In this document: positions 52,401-62,137 of the stretch, piece by piece
Layout: every line of letters begins with the position of its first letter
Position numbering within the stretch: position 1 is the stretch's first letter
NCBI GenBank assembly: GCA_010909165.1
Contig: MU008187.1
Span: forward strand, 624,247-688,246
Source of the DNA: Anthoceros angustus
Lineage: Eukaryota; Plantae; Anthocerotophyta
DNA length: 64,000 nt
Reading direction: 5' to 3'
Notes under the pieces: generated by a model
The model's database searches: none
What the model was told of the DNA's origin: nothing
What the model saw: only the letters and a program-made list of their open reading frames with translations
Position numbers and translations under genes: made by a program

Positions 52401-53345
52401 AGGTCAAGCCATGAATAGAATAGTTTGTCTATTACCAGCTTTACTTAAATTTGCTCAAGAGGATAAGAGCCTAAATTGGCCAAAAGCCAATAAGGGTCCA
52501 AGTAGTTCTTCTTCTTTGCAGAGGAAGACTGTCTTCCAAGCTTTACTAACTACTTAGGCCTTGTTTTCATTTCACTTTGTATCAAATATTTTAGAGGTCC
52601 TTAATTCCTTGAATACTAACTTTCAACGTGATTATCTGGAGCCAATTAGCATAGCTCCCCTCATAGATTCTGTTGTTGAACAGGTCAAAAGTATGTATAA
52701 AGTTGATAGGGTGAGTATGGGAAGTAGAAAGCTTTTCTCTTTCATTGAAAACTTGAAAAAAAGTCATGGATTGTATGAGGGTTTTGTAATATCTAACTAC
52801 TTTGAAAGTGAAATAAGTTCTTGCATTGCTAGTGGTAACAAATATGCTTTAGCTATTGTTGATGCAGTGAATAATAAGTTTCCTGATCTTTGTGTGTTGC
52901 ATGCTTGTCGTCTATTCAGTCCTAAATTTTATCCTGAAGATGCAGATGAGTGTATTTAATAGTTTGTTAGAGGTATTGTTGAAAAAGTTTGGAACTAACT
53001 CTTTGGATGCAAATACTAATATTGTCGACCCTTTTGTAGTTGATGAGGTGTGTCAAGCTGAGTTGCTAACATTTGTGTCCATCTTGAAGTCTTCTTGTCT
53101 TTGGATTGAGTATGTTAGCACTTACAAAATATACTCAACAACTGGAGTGGGTAATCTTGACACCCTCTATGTTACGTCTTTGGGAATTATGTTTGGTCAT
53201 ACCTTGTAGTACTGTTATATGTGAGCGGGGATTTTCTAAACAAAACTTTGTGATGAATAACATGAGAACTAATCTTAATATTTTGACCCTTCATGCATTG
53301 ATGAGTATATCCATTAATGGTCCGCCTGTTAAGGAGATAGATTGA
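49411..53345 (+). mobile_element. hAT-superfamily (ZNF862-like) transposase pseudogene with an internal ~1-kb triplication
   Basis: N-terminal MFCVVCEKHG zinc finger, IDEGTD, SDGASVM, THCVA, DVRWLSR and hATC STVICERGFS. Units start at about 49728, 50709 and 51696. No TIRs identified. Confidence 0.9.
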
Positions 53346-53565
53346 AATGGTATTTTTAAAGCTTGCAAAGACCAGCTCCGACGATAGAATATACTAGACA
53401 TTTGTATTTTATATTATTATTTATTATTTATTATATTTTGTGACCAAGGGTCGCAAAAGGCATGGTCCCTCCTCGGTCCGGGACCGAGCGTAGCTAGGCT
53501 AAGCGGTCCCGGGGACTAAGATAGTACTCGATCAAGATAGTACCCTGATCATGGCCACTAACAAA

Positions 53566-53769
53566 TCACTTTGAAAATCCAGCGTCAGTTTTGTGGCCAG
53601 TGACACTTCTGTCAGCGTCAAAGGGCACCTGAGCCATTGTCAGATGTGTAATCATCGTTACACGATAGCTCTTGTTGGTGTAATACCCATCAAGGCCAGC
53701 TGCTTCTGCCATAGTCTTCATAAATCTTGAGAGCATTCCTTTAGAAACCCGGAGTTTTGCATACCAAGC
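53566..53769 (-). pseudogene. Tyrosine-recombinase catalytic C-terminal fragment, Crypton/DUF3504-like (not in the ORF track)
   Basis: AWYAKLRVSKGMLSRFMKTMAEAAGLDGYYTNKSYRVTMITHLTMAQVPFDADRSVTGHKTDAGFSK*. Fits the pattern WY...mk.m...AGL...TNHS.R.T.iT.L....v.....tGHk.......Y. Confidence 0.75.
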
Positions 53770-53872
53770 CTAGTCAAAGAAAAGTCGTCTCTCATGTTAC
53801 TCTGTTGTTCAAATAGCTCTAAAAAAGAAACCTAGTGGACCTGCTTCACCGGGGAAAAAACAAGTACCTTTG

Positions 53873-54240
53873 TCTGAAGTCATGTTAAAGCCCTGCACAA
53901 GACAACGTGTCAAGTTTACGATTGCGCATACTGCTACTCACCCTCTGAGTGATGATGGTAAAATTGATGGCGTTCTTGTCCATAGTGAGGGAATATATTT
54001 GGTGCCAATGAAGGATTGTCCGAAGCTGCCAAGGCGCTTTTCTTCTAAGATGGCTGCTCGGCGCGCAGCCGAGTTTGCCCAGAAGAGAAGATGCTTGGAC
54101 ACTCGACCCGTTCCTTTAATGAAAGGCCCATTGTCTAAGATTACTATTATGATTCTGTAACTGAGAGGGGAGTAGTCTACGTTGGTGAAAATGATCATTT
54201 GATCACTAATGATACCATGATCCTTAATGCTGCCAAGGCA
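53873..54240 (+). pseudogene. Unknown ORF-X, copy A (frameshifted)
   Basis: EVMLKPCTRQRVKFTIAHTATHPLSDDGKIDGVLV...GPLSKIT, then frameshift to ERGVVYVGENDHLITNDTM. Paralog of 54468-54846. Confidence 0.7.
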
Positions 54241-54365
54241 TGTCTGCAGACTGGAAGTGTCCGTGGGGCAGGCTTGGTGCAGTAGGCCAACCAGGCGGCT
54301 GCCACGCGATCTGGGCTTGGTGAGTTTTCGATGCCTATGGTTGTCCCTCACCCTGAAGTTGCAAT

Positions 54366-54846
54366 CTAGAAATGTGTGTGGTGATGTACCGTTGCAGCAA
54401 GATAATTGTTCCGATGCCGTATAGGCTGGTCAGTTTTCCATGCCTCTATTGGTTCCTGACCCTGCAGTGCTTTTGTAGCGCTAAGGACCATGGAATCGTT
54501 AGTTATCAAATGGTCATTCTCACCAACATACTCAACCCCTCTCTCAATCAAAGGAACATAGTTAGTAATCTCCGAAAGTGGGCCCTCCACCAATGGCACA
54601 AGTCGGGTGTCCACCCTTCTTCTCTTCTGCACAAATTCAGCTGCACGCGTACGCCGAGCATCCTTCTTAGATGAGAAGTGCCTTGGCGGTTTGGGAGTGG
54701 CCTTTTTAGGCACCAAATAAGTTCGCTCACTTTGCACAAGGACACCATCAACTTTACCATCATCCCGCAGTGGGTGGGTTGCAGTGTGAAGAATTGTTGT
54801 TTTGACACTTTGTCGTGTATATGGCTTAGCCATGACTTCAGCTATA
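54366..54846 (-). pseudogene. Unknown ORF-X, copy B (5'-truncated at the Copia junction)
   Basis: EVMAKPYTRQSVKTTILHTATHPLRDDGKVDGVLV...ERGVEYVGENDHLITNDSM; roughly 70% amino-acid identity to copy A by eye. Confidence 0.7.
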
Positions 54847-54849
54847 GAA

Positions 54850-55310
54850 CCTGGTAGCTCAGGGTTTCTCCCAAGTACCTGGGCTTAACTATCATGACAC
54901 AGTCTCTTATGTGGTGACGTTCCAATCCCTCAGAGTCTTGTTCTTGATGTCTGCATTCTTCTCTCTTTATACATCAGATGGATGTTAAGACTGCTTTCCT
55001 AGATGGGAAGTTGGAAGAGGATATGAGCTAAAAGGAAAGGAGGAATGAGTATATAAGTTGCTTAAAACTATCTATGGATTAAACAGAGTCCTGGAGCCTG
55101 GTACTAGTGTTTTGATGAATTCTTACAGGAGCGCGGCTTTGTTAGGTCTTCAGCTGATTTCAAAGTGTACTTTCTCTAACATGGAATGGAGTTCGTCATC
55201 CTTGCTTTGTATGTAGACGATTGCATTTTCTTGGGGACAAATTTGCCGAATATTAGAAAAGTGAAGAACAGTGTCTGGGTAGAAAGGGGTTTCTCGAGTA
55301 ACTCCTTTTT
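54850..55310 (+). mobile_element. Copia RT, middle fragment continuing from 48996
   Basis: LVAQGFSQVPG, HQMDVKTAFLDG, KTIYGL, and YVDD at 55210-55221. Confidence 0.88.
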
Positions 55311-56469
55311 GCACACGGACTCTTGCAAACCCCAAATTGCATGCTAAGAAATCCTTACTAAAAATAGCCGTTTTGAAGAGTTTAGGTCTTGTTTACGCGT
55401 GCACAAACGTATTTGATTTTAAACTTCATCCAATTCTGAGCCTTCCTAAAAGAAGATCTCACAACCGGCACGTGTACAAACATTTAGAGTTTTTAGGGCT
55501 TGCTGTAATTCTAGTGCGCAAACTTTTTTGCGCACAAACCTTTCATTCGTACCAGTCAATTCTAAGACTATACTCTCGCTCTAGAAAATTTACAAGACTT
55601 TGTTTCTTAGACATTGGGACAATAATATCTTCATTGACCTAATGCTCTTCATCCGTGTGCAGTGCGAGAATGAGAGTGGTATGGTCTGTACTTGGAGCTG
55701 GGCCCATGCCAAACGTTTCAAGATTCAAAAGATGTAAAAGGTTCTCACTACTAGTTCAAAGTTTTAACCACTAGAAAAAAGAGGAGGGCTAAGTCAAGAT
55801 AAGAACATATCCACATTAGGGAGGTGCACAAAAAAAGTTGCAAACGTCGAAAGGAACCCTTTTAAATAACAAAAATATAAAAAAACCAAAAAATGCAAAA
55901 AATACCAAAATTTTAGGGCAAGTGAGCGCACTTGCCTCAAAAAATTGGACTTTTTGGGATTCTTTTTGAGATTTTTTCTCTTTTTTTCATTGGATGAACC
56001 ATCTGGGAATGCACCAGGAGGCATGAACCATATGGGTTCATGCTCCTATGCCCTTTTTGACCTTGGGCCCCCTTGCCCCCTGGTGCGCGCACTTGTTCGC
56101 CCACCTCGGCCCCCTTGCTCCCAGGTATGCACACCTACGTCTTCTTGGCCCCGAGTGCGCAAACATGTTTGCCCACCTCTATCTTCTTGCTCATTTTGCG
56201 CAAACAAGCTTGCACACTATCACATTGGGTGCGCAAACTTGTTTTCGCACTCATCTCGTGCTGTCTGTTTTCTAACAAAAACGCTTGTATGGGATGAGCG
56301 GCAAACATGCACAAATAGCATATAACTGACGGTTCTGATTATCTGTATGGGATGAGTGGCAAACACTCTCAAAAAGAGCCTAAAAAAAAGCGAATACGCA
56401 TTTTTGCTCAAAAAAGATGGGATTTTAGCCATAACCCTTTTTCACCGGAGAAACCCCTTTCTACCCACA

Positions 56470-56705
56470 CGATGTTGAAGGTGTTACTTTGCTCTAATTA
56501 TACTCGGCCTGACATTTTATTGCCAGTTAGTATAACGTCTCAGTTCTTGAAGGAGCCAGGTCATGCACACTCGTATGTAGTTAAGGGAATCCTCAGGTAT
56601 TTGAAAGTTATTATCAAGCATGGGATACATTACGCTCGACAGTTACTGGTTATTGTGATGCCAAGTGGGCTGCTAATCCCGATCTGTCTCCGCATTTTTC
56701 CATAA
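56470..56705 (+). mobile_element. Copia RT C-terminal fragment
   Basis: NYTRPDI...SQFLKEPG...VKGILRYLK. Confidence 0.85.
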
Positions 56706-56990
56706 AAGGGCTACGTGGTTTCAGGCCTCTACTTAAAAGTCAAGCACACAGAGATAGTCACAAGGCATATATATGAGAGATAGAGCAAGAGTTCCTTAAA
56801 TGAATGCTTGATTAGGACTTCATAAGGCACATATTTCAGAGATATAGCAAGGGTTCCTTGCAAGGATGGATGGGTATGGATTAGTTTATGAATCTTCCAG
56901 CTAGTAATCTAGGGTATACATTCAAGTCAAAACTTGATGGAATGAAAAGTTGTGAGCTGTCCTGACATACTTACGAGTAACAATAATTAG

Positions 56991-57203
56991 AAAATATGAG
57001 ATTTGCTAGGTAGTTAAATTATATTATTCGTAGTTAAAACATAAAAACAAATATAAATAAAGTTTACCACTCCTAACAATAATCGAATACTTGTGAATTT
57101 TTTAATTTAAAAAACATGAGATTTGTTGGGTAATCAAATTAGGTTGTTCGTAGTTAGAACTTAAAAACAAATGTGAATAAACTTTAGCACTCCTAACAAT
57201 TGT
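56991..57203 (+). repeat. Diverged 120-bp-period tandem duplication (AT-rich)
   Basis: aaaa(t/c)atgagatttg...ttcgtagtta...cactcctaacaat at 56991 and 57111. Confidence 0.8.
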
Positions 57204-57688
57204 CAGTTATTTATGAATTCTTTCCCTTTCTCAGACTGAATCCTTCAAGCTTATGCTTGGCGGACACGCAAAACTCAGGCCATTCTCGACTCTACTCGGT
57301 AGACACACGAAACTTACCATTCCAAACTCAATCATCATATTTTTGGAACCAAGCAATCTGTGGTGTGTTGAACCCCCTTGCCATGATCCAAGAATGTCTT
57401 TAGTCAAGATAATTTATTGTGTGAGTTTAACAGTCATGACCATGAACATTTGGAATATTGTAATCTTTAGAACTAGCTTTGGAGTCAATAATGTAGTCCC
57501 TAGAACTAGCTTTGGAGAGAATAATGAAGTTTCTAACACAAGCTTTGGCTTGAGGGCAAAGACATGACCAAATAAATGTAATTTGTAAAGTCTATATTTG
57601 GAGTTCTCTTTTGCATGTTGGGTTTTTGTTTAAGATTTATGTCTTTACATCAGTTGGTAGTACGAATCAGTTGGTAGAATCTAATTAC

Positions 57689-58021
57689 GAACAAGTTATC
57701 CTAAACCGTCCAAGTTGGGAGGCAGCTGGAACGGCAGCCTCCAAAGTTACTTAGTATATGGGAAGGCAGGTAGGCCACCTCTTCATCCTACTTGCCTTGG
57801 TGACTTATGGGGCATTGGCTAAAGATTTTGATAAGTTTATCAAGTCATGTGCCAAAGCATACCATGCAAGGAGATATGGAGCGGGAATATGTCTCTCCTA
57901 TGTTACAGCGCTCTTTTAGCAGCAGGTCTCCATTGCTCTCCAAAGGGCACTTGCAGGGGCTATCTTACGGATAGCACCCATTGCTGGAGATGCATCCTCA
58001 ACTAATAGGGGGCATATGTAG
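57689..58021 (+). mobile_element. 3' end of a CRE/R2-superfamily non-LTR retrotransposon ORF (RLE-associated C-terminus), 5'-truncated and degenerate
   Basis: WEAAGTAASKVT*YMGRQVGHLFILLALVTYGALAKDFDKFIKSCA...ALF*QQVSIALQRALAGAILR matches AA..K..KY...F.P.A.ET.G...F.QRLS.A.QR.NA..I. Confidence 0.7.
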
Positions 58022-58260
58022 GCCATTCATTTTCTCTAGTAATATATTACCTTGTAGGTGTTGTATGTGACTTTAACATGGAGCTTAGTTTGATCCTTTT
58101 TTACCGTGACCTTTAAATTCTCCCTTTGATATCCTTTCGCAAATGGGTTCAACCATCCCCTCTTTCCCTGATAGAAAAGTATCATCCTTTAACACATCCT
58201 ACAATGTTGGAGGTTCAAGCCCTTCCTTCAGCATATCCTACAAAGGTTGGAGGGTTGCTG

Positions 58261-58618
58261 TTAGTTTTTGGATGGAGGGTTTTCCTAACCTAGAAATAGG
58301 TAGAGTGCTTACTAAGTTAATTGATTTTTTCCTCCTCATTTATCTTCGTGTATAATAATATTTTAAAATATTAAAAAAAATAATCCACATTATGTGTTTC
58401 CTCTTGAGGTGAGGACGCATCTATAATTAAAATATGGACAAATTAGTTTTTGGATGGAGGGTTTTCCTAACCTAGAAATAGGTAGAGTGCTTACTAAGTT
58501 AATTGATTTTTTCCTCCTCATTTATCTTCGTGTATAATAATATTTTAAAATATTAAAAAAATAATCCACATTATGTGTTTCCTCTTGAGGTGAGGACGCA
58601 TCTATAATTAAAATATGG
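58261..58618 (+). repeat. Near-perfect tandem duplication, 182-bp period
   Basis: Copies 58261-58437 and 58443-58618 differ only in one poly-A length. Confidence 0.95.
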
Positions 58619-59406
58619 TTTGTCCATATTCTCTTATTTCAGTTTTGTACGTTTCTAGCATAAAGGAAGCAGCTCCACAACTATTCACTCATGAGGACTT
58701 ATCTATATTTGAAGTTGATCAAAATATGCTTTGTCCTTCTTCTCTTGTTTGGCTTCATTACATTTTCTAACATAGAAGGAAACAGCTCCACCACTATTGT
58801 AGAAATTTATTCCATAACCTGCTTGCTTCAATTCAGGAGTCTAGCTTCCTCAACCTCTATGTTCTTCACTGCTAATGTCTTATCATTAGCTCCTTCTTTC
58901 CCACTCCATCTCGAAGGACAACATACAAATTAAAAGTTGCTCATGAATATCATTTGTCCTTTTTTCCTCTTATATGTTTTTATTTTGTGCATTTTTTTCC
59001 TAAAGAATGAAGAAAGCAATCCCAACTACCTACTGCAAAATTTATTCTATTCAAATTTCTACCCGCTAAAAACCAGGTGATCTAACCTGCTTGGTTAGTC
59101 ACAATTTCTTGTTTTTGTATTCAATTACGATTATAAATCAAAAAATAATTTTTATACCAAGGTAATTATTTTCTAGAGCTGCTTTGACGTTTGCTGTTAA
59201 ATACCAATATACATAGGTTAAAATAGTAAATAGGTAGGTAAACGCAAACGCAAACGCTTGCTTTGTCGCTTTGTCTGCACCGACTCTAGAGAGAAACTCA
59301 GCCCGTCACGGCAGGTCAGAAAGCTTGCCGGTTGACTGGCCGCCGGACTGCTTCGGCCGCGAAGCGCATTGTACAGATTTAGATCACTTTGCACGCGACA
59401 GCAGCG

Positions 59407-61632
59407 ATGACGAGAGGAGGGCAAGCGTCTTGTCAGGAGACCCTTGATAAACTGGCGGAAAGAATACGCGCGGGGAACTACTATGAGGCACAACAGATGT
59501 ATAAAAGCGTACATGCCAGGTGCGTCGAATGCCTTAAGAGGTTTCGTGTTCTGTCTTTGCTTGCAAGCTTGGAGAGGTGACACAGATTGGTATTCTGAGT
59601 TTCTGAAATCATTGCTTCTTCACCTGCCGTCAAAGGTATATGGCGGCACAGAAGTACGAGGAGGCCTTGGATCTGGTTCAGTCTGGTGCCTGTATGCAAC
59701 TCAAACATGGGCAGGTGTTTCTTCCTTCCTGCTTGGTGCCTTATCTTAAACCCTACATGAAGTTGCTGTTCTGCAAAATGTTTCTGCTGCAAATTAAACT
59801 AAGGAGCTTTAGCAGGTGACCTGTGGAGTAGAGCTAGGGGTGTTGCTTGTGGAAACTCTGGTCAAAGCCAAGGTCCCTTTCGGGAGCTCATCGCTTGGTT
59901 AGTTCCTACTTGGGGGACTGTGCATGTTATTTTTGGGACAGCACTCGATGTGGTCAGCAGCTATCATGCTGCGCACAGTTCACAGCTGTGCACTGCGTGT
60001 TGATATATTCTGGCTGTCTGGCTGGTCCTCAGAGCGAATAAAAAAAGTGTTCCATGCATTCCCCTGTCTATCCAAAGAGGAGTTGAAGGCGAAGGTAGAG
60101 TCAGAAGCCGCTGCAGAAGAACAGATTGCTGTGAAGACCAGAGTCGATGGATGCGTAAAGTTTGTAAGGGCGGCGCTCAAGTATACTTTCTTTTGTTTGA
60201 ACTGCCAGGGGCTTCCTAGTTCTGCACTTTGTCCTGATGTTTCATCGTACAATGTTGTGCACTGAGAGCTTGGGCTGTTCTATGAGGGAGTGGTTGACTC
60301 TGTGGTCACTGCTTTCTGACTTGCTGCTTGTGCAACTGCAGGTGGTCAATTGATTTAGGGAACTCACGAAGAGGAGAACCCGAGTTGCATGACTTGGTGG
60401 CTCTGTACATTTGGGAGCAGTCGGATAAACCGGTGAGTGAGCTGTGAGGAGGAATCAGGGGTTTGATTCGTGTATATTGGTGGGCGTTGTGCCACAGGAT
60501 CTGCAATTGTAGCCCAGACTTCTCGTGTGGTGATGCTCATATTGTAAAAGTCTATTTGAGGTGTAATGTGGATTGGACTTAGGATTTCGGCAAGGCATCA
60601 CAGCATTTCATCCGAGGTAGCCGCCCAGACGTTTTCGCAGCTGCTCTGGTTGATTGCATGACACAGGTATTTCTCTTGACTTTCCAGCAAATTTCTGTTT
60701 GTGTTTGCATATGTCTAAAAGGGGTAGGAGGAGGATAATACCAAGAGATCATATGTTCAAGACTGCAGATGGTGCATGCACTTAATGAAAAAAATTTAGA
60801 TTTTCATGGTTATAGGTTTGTGGATTCTATCCTCTGGTCATTGCCCCTGTGGACAGTTGCTAATGTGCCCTTGGGTTACTGTTGCTACCAGTGCTTTCCT
60901 GGAGAAGCAGACCTGGTGATTGCTCGAGGCATTTTACAGTATGTGATTGTGCCCCTCCTCTTTCTTACGGTTCCTCATTCTTGGACTCAGGTGATGTGTG
61001 GTTGTTCTTTTCCACAAGTTTCTGTGCTCTTCACCTCCAGGTACCTTGCGCTAGGAAACTTGAGAGATGCAAATCAGCTGTGGGATGAGGTTAAGCGACA
61101 ATTTGACGCTAAGAAGCAATCACTCGAGTTTCCGGATACTCCACTTATTCACTTCATCAAATTCTTGCTTCTCACGTATGGCTAATCCTTTTTTGTTCGA
61201 TAGTGAGCTTTGCGGGTGTGTGACAATATTGAGGTTGTAATGGCTGACACAAGTTTCTTCAGGCTTGAGCGAGACGCTGTGCTATTGTTTCGGATGCTTC
61301 GACAGAACTACAAGGCAAGTTTGGATCGTGATCCGACTTTTGACGAGGTAAGTCTCCAGCATGATGCTGCAACCTTGTCCTTTGTGCAGCCCTTAGGTCT
61401 GTACTAGTTAGTACAGAAGGTTGAGGTTTCCCTGTTTCTGGGTCAGTACTTGGATGAAATTGGAGGGCATTTCTATGGGCTACGGAGGAGAACTGGTGTG
61501 CAGGGCATGTTCGGGGACCTAATGAAGGTATTGTGTTGCTGGACTTCCATTGCTGCATGGAAGAGGATTATGCTCCTTTTCACCTTGTTGCTTTTGTGGG
61601 TGCCTGCGCAGATGTTGGCGGGTGAAGGTTAG
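59407..61632 (+). CDS. GET4: Golgi-to-ER traffic protein 4 homolog, 11 coding exons
   Basis: GNYYEAQQMYKSVHAR|Y, GEPELH, FPGEADLVIARGILQ|YLALGNLRDAN, DTPLIHFIKFLL, LERDAVLLFRMLRQNYKASLDRD, FYGLRRRTGVQGMFGDLMK|MLAGEG*. Confidence 0.95.
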
Positions 61633-62137
61633 CCGGTTAGGTTACCTGTTTTTGCACAGCTGTGGGCAAGTGTGCTCACTTAGCTAGCCAGTCGTAATTT
61701 ACACGGACGCTGAAAAGATTTAGGACTTAGGGAGTTGTCGATTTGCAAGTTGAGCACGTCGTTGCAAAAAGTGTTTACTTGGGGGTAGTTTGTTGACCCA
61801 CAAACTGAGGGAGCAATTGCTAAACTGCAGCGTGATATGACGACTTCTATCTAACTAGAGCAGCGACCTACATCTATCTATCCATGATGAATGTTATGTG
61901 AAACAATATATCTCCATTGTGTGCAGCCGACGGGTGTAGAATGGAGCTGCCTGCCTAGAGATGTCGAGCCGGAAGCGGGTGATGTGAAAAGCCTCTAGAA
62001 AACCACCCGGCAGTAGAGAATGCGCGCTTGCAGCCAGCTCGGCGCGGGCTGCCCAGCGAATGCTACAGCATATGCATCTGTAGTCTCCAAAAATGTGTCT
62101 CGCTCGCTCGTGAAATGCTGCTGCAGCTACCTTCCCC

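Noticed and set aside
53470-53520. Helitron 3' end or hAT TIR (ctcggtcc-g-ggaccgag hairpin followed by CTAG)
   Set aside because: CTAG is not followed by T, the hairpin spacing is short, and no matching 5' terminus or inverted partner was found near 49100.
57651-57678. tRNA D-arm-like TCAGTTGGTAG(A)
   Set aside because: No other tRNA structure nearby; treated as a short duplication.
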